DNA of 64,000 nucleotides from Sporopachydermia quercuum (Eukaryota), in assembly GCA_001599295.1 (NCBI GenBank), contig BCGN01000003.1, positions 124,001 through 188,000 on the forward strand, written 5' to 3'. Under the pieces are notes generated by a model. The model saw only the letters and a list, made by a program, of their open reading frames with translations. It was not told the origin of the DNA and made no database searches. Position 1 is the stretch's first letter. Each line of letters opens with the position of its first letter. Shown in pieces: positions 25,790 through 36,753 of this stretch. The position numbers and the translations under genes are program-made.

Positions 25790-27058
25790 TTTCTCTTCAA
25801 TTCGCCTAATGGGTTTCCTTGAGATCTCACTTGTTTTTTTAGTTGTAACAATTGAGAATCTTGCAGATATTCATATCTCACCATGAAGTATTCTAGTGAA
25901 TATAATTTTATGCAACGAACTGATCAATAAAACAATCTCGTTGATGTCTTTACGAGCTTTGCCAGTAAAAAGGAAGAAAATATCAATCGTGGAGATGGAA
26001 AAGCCATGAAAGTCCTTTTTGATATTCATAAACCAACTCTGAAGCAAAGTTTATTTTAGGTTCAACAACTCTAACTGTGGAGTGAAACGTCAACTGAGGA
26101 CTTTCAANCTGAATAAATGCTACAACGTTCAAGCTTGTTTGTACTCAAGAAAGTAGTTTATTTTAATTGTTGTACTTCGATTATCCAGCAGAGTTGGTGT
26201 ATTTTAGGGATATTGGGTGACAGAATTGTTGTTTCTATAAATCTCTTCCGTCTGTTGCAGCCACTTTTCAGGTCTAGTCACCTAAAACTTGCAGATCCTC
26301 TACATTAAACTATAACTTTATAAAGGATCCTGTCATCACCTGCTTTCTCCAAGAGTGAGAGTTTATATCNGCTTTCAACTATAAAATTAGTACCTAGATA
26401 CAGCACTTTCTATCTGGTTTAATCTTCACTTTAATTCGACTCTCTTGGTGTTCAAATGTGTGGAAATTCGAGTGTTGTGTTTTGATATAGGAATACCGGT
26501 TGTACTTATCAGATAAACTTAATTTCAATAGTCAAACTCAAAAGTCTCAGCGAGCCCTTTCTNTGAATATTACACAATTGACCAACATTCAAACTCTTGA
26601 AATCCCTTAGACCCACAGCTACAATTATTGAAGATCATGAATATCTAAGTACGTAAGCTTAAATTTGTTGTTTGAGAACAATAAATACCTGCGGGGTCTT
26701 TTGCAATTAGTAGGTATTAAATATCGGAGATGTCCGAATTTTGAAATCACAACTTTAATTGATCTTGCAGTTTTGATTATGTCATCATATTTAGGAAAAA
26801 CATTCCAGGATATTTACTTAATCAACTAGTTATTAAATAAATATTTAGTTGATGGTTCGGATTTAAAAGTGAATAAATTATTTAATAGCAATTAATAGTG
26901 TGCAGTGCAAATATAAATATAGAATAATCATTTATTTAATGGTTGAGTACGACATTTAACTTAACACTTATAAAGCAATTCATCAGAATCCTCAGACCAG
27001 GTATTGCAACTATCAGTTCATTTAGAAGTACAAAACACAATAAAATCTATATACAATG

Positions 27059-27345
27059 GAATGTCGACAGCATGGTTTCACCCAAATGAACATAGGACCA
27101 TAGATCCATTACACAACGTCTAGGAATATGCTGTAAAGCCCCAAGGCATTGATCATCAACACTCACTGATAAATCAGCTAATGGAGATCAAAATGCCCTT
27201 CAGACCTTCAATCTCAGATTTGTCGGTGGGGATAATCGTAATTTTTCACTTCATGAGCACAGCGGCCCTTTCAAGCTTCCACGCGAGCACCGAGACGCTA
27301 TAGGGCACACAGTCCACAAATATGGCAGGCCACTATAACACAAAT
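27059..27345 (-). ncRNA. SNR30: snR30/U17 box H/ACA snoRNA (18S rRNA processing)
   Basis: m1 AUAUUCCUA (27129-27121) and m2 AAACCAU (27078-27072) in the 3' hairpin closed by CAGCAU/AUGCUG; ACA at 27064-27062; segment UCAUUUGGGUGAAACCAU resembles yeast snR30; 5' stem 27336-27327 pairs with 27268-27259; 5' end approximate. Confidence 0.9.
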
Positions 27346-27431
27346 CTTGCTTGATTGAGAAAAATCCTTTATAACATTTTGCATGTTTAGATATGAAGGA
27401 AGTGAAGAAATGTGAAGAAAAAAGTTTTCTG

Positions 27432-27472
27432 TTTATATAGTTGTAATAGTNAGTTATCATCTAAGTTACCCG
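27432..27472 (-). promoter_or_regulatory. Probable snR30 promoter: TATA box and Reb1-type site
   Basis: CTATATAAA (minus strand, 27440-27432) and TTACCCG (27466-27472) upstream of the snoRNA. Confidence 0.6.
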
Positions 27473-27819
27473 GTATTGTTGAGGCTAATAACTGATTATG
27501 TCATCTGTAAAGAGCAAGGGAGCTGAAGGGTTGTTGCCATGAAGATGAGGAGAATCATCATCAGCTGGGAATTGATTGCAGACGCATCAGAGCAAACGAT
27601 AAAATGTTGCCATTAATCCAGCNNCTCTTGATATCTGAATACGTAAGAATGCCTACTATGCAGATGGAAGTGGTACAGCACAATGAGATCATATTATGTT
27701 TTTTTTTNGCGATATTTGAAACCTTACGTGAACATTGCAATCAACTACAAACTCTACAATTCAACGACTTCTATAGCAAAATATTTTTAACTGACACCAC
27801 TATCAACACTAAAATACAT

Positions 27820-28354
27820 TTACTCNTCGTCTTCAAGGTCGGTGATGTTGAAGAACTTAAGCTTGTAGACACCTTGCTTTTCGGAAACGAATCTAACGTA
27901 ATCGATCAACAAGGACTTCTTCAAGTATCTTTTGGTCAAGAACTTCAAGTACTTACCAGAGAATCTGGCAGTGGAAGCAATAACAACGGTGTTACCGGCG
28001 GCTTCAATGGTAATTTCATCACCTAATTCACCAGTCTTACCATCGATCTTGATGTGTTCGACGAGGTACTTGACGTAGTTTTCGGTTTCAAAAACTTGAG
28101 CTTGGACAGCTGCTGAAACGTCAACGGTGTACTTCTTAACGGCCTTAGCCTTCTTGGANGATCTCTATAAATATTTATGTTAGCCTACTGCGTTTGAAAG
28201 TCAAAATTCATTTGCAGAATAGCATTTCATGGGGCGAAACAAGATTAAAACATTCCAGCAGCCTTCAAGTTTTTGATCTTGTATTCTTCCTACATGATAC
28301 TCGCTTCTCCCGCTTCACTTTCCAAAACACTAATCAACGTACAACTGGAGCCAT
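27820..28354 (-). CDS. RPL22: 60S ribosomal protein eL22, 2 exons, 118 aa
   Basis: Exon 1 28354-28343 (MAPV); intron 28342-28165 (GTACGT..GCTAAC..TAG); exon 2 28164-27820 RSSKKAKAVKKYTVDVS...FSGKYLKFLTKRYLKK...; absent from the ORF track. Confidence 0.96.
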
Positions 28355-28624
28355 TATTAATGATTAATACTGATTTCTTTGTCAAGTTTTTGTGTTGAAA
28401 TTTGGGTGCTGAATCAAAATATTTCAGACATTCTTCTATCTTCCCGTCGTACTCGAACGAGTGATAGCATGAAGGTAGCTGAAATATGCTGAAATAAATC
28501 ATAGTCCTGCTACCTAGGAACCCTTCTGAGTTCTAAGAAGCGAAAAAAATCTGGAAAATAAAAAAGTTGGAAATAAACCAATATTTCCTAATTTGGAACT
28601 TTATCACTACGAGCTGTGACGTGC

Positions 28625-28632
28625 TCACGTGA
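28625..28632. promoter_or_regulatory. Cbf1-type E-box TCACGTGA upstream of RPL22
   Basis: Exact palindrome about 270 bp upstream of the ATG. Confidence 0.5.
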
Positions 28633-28713
28633 TTCAGATTGATGTCTCTTATCGGGTTCTCAGTAGCAATCAATAATGTGTTCCTAGCATAGCGTCAAAT
28701 ATTCATCTTAGTT

Positions 28714-29298
28714 CTAAGGATCACTGCTATCTGATACGAACTCTTCAGATAAGGACCAATTACTAATATCTTGCAATGTTTTTCTTAGTTTCTGTAGAGA
28801 TGGTGTCTGTTTTATTATTATATTTTTTTGTTCAAGTTTGTTGATTTTATGTTGTTTGTTTGATTTAAGCCTTCGTCTTGTTGAATGACGTTGTGTAGTT
28901 GACTCATTCTCATCATCTGTGAAGTGATAAAGATCTTTTTCAACTTTTCTCGGTAATTTGTTGTCAGATTCTAAAGGTAAGGGATTTCGAGTAGTTTGGT
29001 GTGTATCTTTATCTAGATATATATTTATTCGGTTCTCTTTTATAGTAGGTTTAAATACTGGTGAGCTTGTTGGACTTGGATCTGAACTACTAGTAAGTGT
29101 AGATGATATGTTGTAGGTTCCCGCTTCGCCTTCACTGCTTTCATCTGACCTGATATCTACTGTAGGCAACGATTTCTGTTCGTANTTTTGAGCTCTCAAC
29201 TGGAATTTTGGGACCTTTATTTCTGATATTGTGGAGAATCCGAACGGATCATCAGAAAGACCTGATGAAACATCTATATTCTGTACCCTTTCTTCCAT
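28714..29298 (-). CDS. Candidate Sororin-like protein (194 aa)
   Basis: Disordered protein with DDPFGF, a KEN box, a basic patch and C-terminal LRKTLQDISNWSLSEEFV; the frame stays open about 22 codons upstream, so an extra 5' exon is possible. Confidence 0.6.
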   Translation of the reverse strand: MEERVQNIDVSSGLSDDPFGFSTISEIKVPKFQLRAQXYEQKSLPTVDIRSDESSEGEAGTYNISSTLTSSSDPSPTSSPVFKPTIKENRINIYLDKDTHQTTRNPLPLESDNKLPRKVEKDLYHFTDDENESTTQRHSTRRRLKSNKQHKINKLEQKNIIIKQTPSLQKLRKTLQDISNWSLSEEFVSDSSDP

Positions 29299-31186
29299 TT
29301 TATGACCTGTGTTGCGTTTGTTTGGTCGTCGTTCTATTGATTCTTTTCTTGACTTGGTAAAAAATTAATTCCTTTCATTGATTTTTCTATCTCGGATCTT
29401 TACTTTCTTTATTCCCCTCTCTTTTGAGTCTTACTTTCCGTTCATGACATTATCTACATTTCTCTCCCAACTCTGCTAACAGTAGAACACCTTACATATG
29501 TAAACAAAAAGTAGGACATACTTTTACTATAGTAAACCTTATCTGCAAGCTCATGCATCAACTGCCTATCGAGATCACATGCCCAATAACATCACATCTC
29601 ACTCCGTTTTTCATTTTTCAGCCATGATTAAGATTAGAACAAAGTTTAATTTGTTCAAACTTTGTTTGCAAAACCAATTACCCAATCCAGCCTGTTTTTC
29701 TGCAAGACTCTTAATCGTACAGGATGAATATAAACTTAATTTAACTAGTAAATCGCCTGATAATTCTTTCGTTTCCCCTCAACAGATGATCTAGCAAGGA
29801 TATAGGACTAGAACCATAAGAAGGACAGGCAATAAATAGAAGTTATGCTATTCAAAAAAAAAAAAAACATAACTAGAGAATGCGATCGAAAGTTTTCACT
29901 GTTAATTTATACGTTGGTTCTGCCCTGAACTGAAATGACCCATCTTCAACCCATATGGATCAAGCGACTTAATTGCAAGGACTTAATTTATGCTGCAGCC
30001 TCATATGTATTTCCCATTTCGATGATGAAACTTTACGTACACAATAAAAAAAAATACTTATCGGTTCTCTAGCTATCCTTGTTTGGAGCAAGGCGATGAA
30101 AAACAGAACAGGTACAAAGTAATAGCTGATGGAAAGTCCTATGATCAACGATGAGCGACAACTCAATTGCAATGATAGGAGCAATTCAAGTAATGAAAAA
30201 ACTACAACAGGTTCAACCAAATTCATTGTCTAATCTGAACAGCTCGTAAAATCAGTACTCTGCTCTGGGTCCCAATTGACGAACATTTCACAGTGCTATC
30301 AAATCATCATCGTTTCACCACCATTCAATCAGTTCAAATCAATCATAATCGAAACCAAGCTCAAATTATATAAAATACTTCAATTATGTATTATATTCTA
30401 TCATCATCTTCAGTAGTAGAAATACTTTCACCACCAAGTAATAAATATCAACACCTTTCTCTCCTATCCTATCCTACCCTTTCCTATCCTGTTCTACTGT
30501 ACATTCTTATCGGATCATCCAACAATCAGATTACCTATCATCCAAATCGCTCTTATGTAAAGTCATTCACTCATTCAGAGACGAATATATCAAATAAATN
30601 TATCATTTCCTACTATTCGCTTTTCAAATCTTATTGTTCTACCTTTATATTATCATATTCATTCATCATCTGTCAAACATTCTCCACAGCTTTTTCTTTA
30701 TTAATTCTTGTTTCCTCAAGCGAAAGACCCACATTTACACTCAAGCTTGTTCTTATGATTAAGGCAGCCAGATTCTATTCCCATTCTATTTATTTCATTT
30801 CAGTCCAAATTGTCACAATTAATTTACCTTTATCTACATCATGCATGATAAAAAATTCCGATCTCAATAGCTTATTCTAATTATTATATGACAAGTTGCT
30901 AGTTTACTGTTTTATTTACATCATCTCTTGCTTATAAAACAAATTAAACTGAATTGAATTGCAGTGAAGTGAATGAATTACTCATATCTTTCGATACTTG
31001 TATGATCAGTAACTGGTATAAGTTGCTAGTGTTGAATAGGTATCATTATATCGGTTCATCAAATTAGTTATATCTAAATTTCTAGCTATTTCTGTTTAAT
31101 TATCACATTCTTCTTTCTTTCTTTTTTCTACAATCATCATTATTACCACCAGCATAATCTTTATTGAAAATCTTATCAAAATAATC

Positions 31187-32416
31187 ATGGTCAATACTAC
31201 TATCACCTACACAGTTTCTGATGCATCAAACAATGATTATTTCGTTCAAGTAGCAGGCGATTTTTCTGATTGGCAACCTATTCCTTTGGAAGAGGAAGAA
31301 GAATTTCCTGGCGTTTACAAAACAAGTGTTGATTTAAAACCAGGAGTTCTTTATGCCTATAAATTTCTTGTTAATGGTAATTGGTTCTTGGCTCCTGATG
31401 ATAGACCCTCGGGTAAGTAACAAGCCCACCAAATGTTGAGAATAGGGAAATGTTAATAGCTTTATGATTAAAACCATCTTAAATATTTATCGGATGTGCT
31501 TATTGAATTATAGTTTGCTATTACTAACAATTAATTTTTATAGTAACTGATGATGCTGGTAATACAAACAATGTGATTAAGGTGGAAGAAAAAGAAGAAG
31601 AGATACTTGAGAAAAAGGAGNCTGCTGAAGAGAAGAAAGAGGAGCCTGAATGTAAGTATAGATAANATGTATATTATGAGGAAGAGAAAGGATGAGGACA
31701 TGAAATAAGAGATGAAAATGGGTTATGATGAATGGTTGGTAAGAATCTGTTGATGNCCCCATTTAATTGAACTGGTACTTATGGCCCAACAATCTGTGAA
31801 TTTCATCCGTAATCATAGAAATCATACGTTTATTCAAAGAGACAGCTGAATAGCCAATTCACCAAGCGAGAAGATACCTAAATGAGCTCAACTGCATTCA
31901 CTGTTATCAGCGATATTGATAATGAGTATTCATATGTTTTTACTTTTAACTATCATCAAGACAACTCCAGAGGCTATTCAATAATGGTTCCTATCATTAT
32001 CGTCTATCATCTATCAGCTATCATCTATCATCTATCATCTATTATCATCATATCATATCATCATATCATATCATATCAAACTGTTATCTCTCTTGCCATA
32101 CTTATACCAACATGCTAACAAACTAATCACAGCTCTTCCACATTTTGTTCCCTCACACGAAGAAATCGACCCAACTGATCTCATTGAAGAAGAAGGAGAA
32201 GATCCAATCGTTGTTCAACCTCCTCCAAGTGAAGCCGTGGTTCTACCTGATTTGCGATCTCCACCATCTGGACAACAAGATCCTAGTAACCCATCAAACG
32301 GAGCAGGCATTACATCTTCACCAACTCAGGGACCACTTGCTGTTTTCATATGGTTTTATAACTTTTTACTAGAGAAGCTTTTTGGTCCTATTGGTCGTTT
32401 ATTCAGTCGTCATTGA
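31187..32416 (+). CDS. CBM48/AMPK-beta-type glycogen-binding domain protein (Mdg1/Crp1-like N-terminus), 3 exons, 205 aa
   Basis: Exons 31187-31412, 31544-31651, 32133-32416; introns GTAAGT..TACTAAC..TAG and GTAAGT..GCTAAC..CAG; VQVAGDFSDW, YKFLVNGNW and TDDAGNTNNVI join in frame. Confidence 0.9.
32002..32078. repeat. Degenerate (TCTATCA)/(TATCA)n microsatellite in intron 2 of the CBM48 gene
   Basis: Read directly from the sequence. Confidence 0.8.
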
Positions 32417-33147
32417 GTGAACAGGAAGTGGGAGATCGTAGGGAAATGGGATTAGAAACAGATGTAAGTGAATCAATGATTCATTAATAGTAGTTTATTA
32501 TGATTTATTGTATTGAATCATGTTGAATAGCTACCAAGAAGAAGAATAATATATCGGTGTGTTGATCAATGTAGTAAATGTAATAAATGTAGTCAATGCC
32601 AGTTACTTTCAACTGCCGGCGTATACATAAATATCAAGAATTAATGCTAATAGAAGTTGCCATAAAAATAGTCAGCGGGTTTTAATACGTTAATTACATT
32701 ATAAGCTTCATACTATTTCCTTCTCTCACTAGAGTTTGTATGAATTATTATAATATATCATATCAATTATTATATTCTATAATGTGCATTAGTATATCCG
32801 TTGCTACGATATTATTATGTTATTATTATGACTTATTATTATGTATTTGGTACATTTACTATGATATACTATGATCTATTCCCATGCCATTTATCTGATC
32901 TTTTATTAATTCTATATGTTCTATTATCATATGTTATACTCTATGATCTATTATTATATTATTATATTCCATTGCTCTTATCTTATATTGGTTATCATGC
33001 TCCCTTCTAACATACCCCGCGCATTATCTACATCTCTCCCATTATATTCGTTTCTTACCCGCCCATTTCCTACTGCTTTATCGTTACATTCTCCTTTCCT
33101 TATCCTTCATGCATCCACCAACATTATATCTCATGCTCTCTTATTGA

Positions 33148-34929
33148 CTACTTATGAAACTTCTTTATCTCCCAATATCTTAACATAGGATAAGTTATAG
33201 CAGTAAGCCCGAATGCCAAAAANACACCAACATCACCACCATATTCTCCAATCTGCTTGGCAACAGGGCCTATGAAATACACCTGACACATTCCTAACAC
33301 AGCTCCAGCTACTCCAAAGCAGAAGGCAATAGATGCTGCTATTCCATAGCATATTTCACTCTTCTGGTCCCACACCGACCAGTTATACAACTCTTTCCTT
33401 CCATTGATTGTTTTATAAACAGGAAAGAATCCAAACCGAGGATTCCTGAATATCAGATTCTCTTCAATCAGCACAGTGAAATACATAGTAATCCAGTATC
33501 CTAGCAATGGTAGGAAATTATTGAGGAAATCAGCAAATGCGTGCTTCCCTGCTAATGCCAATACAAAGTATACCACAGTAATAACAAATGACCACACATA
33601 ACGAGGAGTCTCCTGGACGAATCGTAGAGTGTTGATAGTTGCTTTCTTAGTGGTAGAAGCAATATTGTGAGGAAAACTGGATGACTGTTTGCCGTTCGAT
33701 TGACTATTCGGTTCTTCGATCAAATCAGCTTTCTCTTTACATGCTTTTTCAATGCCAAAGCTCGTTGTGATCTGAACAGTGAAAGCAATAGAATAAGTAT
33801 TCAGCACATTATTAGAGATCAAGCTTAGAAACAACACAACTGACAAGAATTTTCCAAAGCCATTCCAAGAATTGAACGCAGCTACAATTAATCCTCCAGA
33901 ACCATACATTTCATAATGGTTCATATAGTACTCGCTACTGAAGGCAGCATTAGCAATTAGTATGCCTATTGTGCTTATAAAAGCAGTTGGGATGAAAATA
34001 GCTAAAGTAGTCACAGGTCCAATGACCCATGGTGAAGTTTCCTCTGGGAAAAACATTACATAGTCCGAGGTAATGGAACCCCAAGTAGCAGTGACACCAT
34101 AAGACAATGTGAAGAAGCTGAACCAATTACCAACGATAGTCTTAGAGGATAAGCCCAATTCATTGTAATCTACATTATTCGCAGTGCTTTTGTAAGTACC
34201 TGAAGCTGCAATATATAGTAGTAAACCTCCTAAGAATGTGGGAATAGCTAGAGCACCTTCATACTTTAAAACAGCTTTAATGCCAAAAACCCCAAAAAAT
34301 AAACCTATGAGAGCAACAATAAGAATGCCAATCTCCAAAGGAACAGACCCTTCGCTCAGGGCTAAGAGAATTTGGCCCCCAAATACACAGTTGATCAAAC
34401 TCCAGCCAAATAGTGCTATCAAACTCAGAATCGTAAGCACTTTCACCGGATAGAAGCCGTAGGCAAATCTAGCAGATGCCAACTGTCTCAAGCCTGACCT
34501 AGGTCCCATGGTACTGCAATAACCTGCTACTGAACATCCGACTAGTGCTCCTAATAAACCACTGACCAGACAGTCCTTGAGATTCATTTCGAATACTAAT
34601 GGTCCCAATAGATATCCTGACATTGAAGTAAGGCCTCCGCAAGCCGACATCCATAGGGACACTATTCTAAAATATGGAGATAGTTTCTTCATAGTGCTCA
34701 GGTTGCATTCTGGAGAGAAAAAAGTTGTATATCTTTCATTTGGATCAGCTCTCTCCAATCCTCTTGATTCCACACCCAGTTTGTTCAGTAGAGAGTTGAG
34801 TTTCTGAATAGCATGTTTCACACCTTGTTTCTGGTTTTTGGTAATAGAGACATCATCGATGTTTGATGTTATGTCTTCTTCGTAGAGTTCCGGTGAATCC
34901 ACCTGTTTTTCTATTTTATCANGCTCCAT
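33148..34929 (-). CDS. TPN1: Purine-cytosine permease (NCS1) family transporter, Tpn1-like (vitamin B6)
   Basis: GVESRGLER, LWMSACGGL, MGPRSGLRQ, TWGSITSDY, IEENLIFR and YPMLRYWE motifs; about 12 TM segments. Confidence 0.85.
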   Translation of the reverse strand: MEXDKIEKQVDSPELYEEDITSNIDDVSITKNQKQGVKHAIQKLNSLLNKLGVESRGLERADPNERYTTFFSPECNLSTMKKLSPYFRIVSLWMSACGGLTSMSGYLLGPLVFEMNLKDCLVSGLLGALVGCSVAGYCSTMGPRSGLRQLASARFAYGFYPVKVLTILSLIALFGWSLINCVFGGQILLALSEGSVPLEIGILIVALIGLFFGVFGIKAVLKYEGALAIPTFLGGLLLYIAASGTYKSTANNVDYNELGLSSKTIVGNWFSFFTLSYGVTATWGSITSDYVMFFPEETSPWVIGPVTTLAIFIPTAFISTIGILIANAAFSSEYYMNHYEMYGSGGLIVAAFNSWNGFGKFLSVVLFLSLISNNVLNTYSIAFTVQITTSFGIEKACKEKADLIEEPNSQSNGKQSSSFPHNIASTTKKATINTLRFVQETPRYVWSFVITVVYFVLALAGKHAFADFLNNFLPLLGYWITMYFTVLIEENLIFRNPRFGFFPVYKTINGRKELYNWSVWDQKSEICYGIAASIAFCFGVAGAVLGMCQVYFIGPVAKQIGEYGGDVGXFLAFGLTAITYPMLRYWEIKKFHK

Positions 34930-35269
34930 TGTGGAGATCTATCTTTCGTGGTGCGGTATTGTCGATCCTAGTAGTATAATATGATAAGGAATAGCAACGG
35001 AATTCTGATTTTCGTCCTGGAGGAAATGTTTTTGGTGGATGGTCAAGCAGACAGAGACAGAGGTTCCACAATACGCTTTTCAACGGCAAATAGCCAGCAC
35101 GTACCCTCAGGAGCCAACCGAAAACACCAAAAATGTAGATTGTGTTGATCAACAATATAAAAAAGCTCCACCCAGCTTTATAAGCATCAAGAATGGATGG
35201 ATGAATCTTAACAAAAAAGTTCTTGAACAGTTTAGGGAACTGAAATTTTCACTTCTATCGTTTTGTGCG

Positions 35270-35290
35270 ATGAGTCATGTGGCACGTGAC
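35270..35290. promoter_or_regulatory. Adjacent Gcn4/AP-1 site (ATGAGTCAT) and Cbf1 site (CACGTGAC) in the TPN1-RIB4 divergent promoter
   Basis: Exact motifs at 35270-35278 and 35283-35290. Confidence 0.6.
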
Positions 35291-36153
35291 ATAGGATGTG
35301 GGACAAAAAGGTGGGATTAGAGGGTGATTGGAACAGAGTCTTGAAAGATGGCACTAAGAAAGATTTCCGGATATTTATTGAATTGTTTGATAGGCGGAGA
35401 AAGAAGGAGATGCATGCTTTGATTTGATTAGCTGATTGAATAGCTTGTGCGCGAGCGAAAGTTTGAGAGAGGCTATCTGTAGCGGTAAAGTAGTAGNAGG
35501 ACTATGAAATCATGAAAGAGCACCAGCTGATGTTGATTTGTGCAACAAAAAGAGGGTCATTTTGCAGACTGCTTCTATTTTAATGCATTTATGGGCTACC
35601 TGACTTGAGCAGATACATGCCAATCCTTACTTACTGCTAACCGCTGGTGATACTCCCACTTCTCCGATGAGCTCACGGTCAGCAAGGAAGCTAAGCAAAT
35701 ACTAGATGACGTGCTGTTTCGTTACATAGAGCAAAAACGCACACCAAAAGTTTGTAACTATCCAAACGAATAATCGAGAAACAATCGTTGTATAATCTTC
35801 TTTACCGTCGTAGAACCAGAAAATCAGTATCGTTTACTAGCATTCCTTCACATCAGCTCTCATCATCTCTTCTTCACTTTCAACATTTGATCGCTTTTAC
35901 CAAAATAAACTCAAAACTTAAGTTCAAACCGTAACCTAATTACACCAACTCGCCAAACTCTAAACCCCATTTCAAACCTTCTTACCTTCAATTCCGTAAC
36001 TCACTTCTGATCACATAATCCTTATTCATCATCCTGTTCTGTTCAGTCATATTGAAACCGCCTTGCCTCATCAACATNTCTTCTTTACTGGCAATTATCA
36101 GGTCTTATCAACATTAAAACATTGTAACATCCCAGCATTCCAGCAAATGTTAA

Positions 36154-36753
<600 letters not shown>

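Noticed and set aside
27604..28026. 140-aa + strand ORF
   Set aside because: Its 3' half is antisense to RPL22 exon 2
30386..30880. 164-aa ORF, and similarly 61701-62252 and 32801-33188
   Set aside because: Low-complexity Ile/Leu/Phe/Tyr composition typical of AT-rich non-coding DNA; no motifs
31720..31856. Box C/D-like motifs in intron 2 of the CBM48 gene
   Set aside because: Weak k-turn stem and no recognisable guide; such motifs arise by chance in AT-rich DNA
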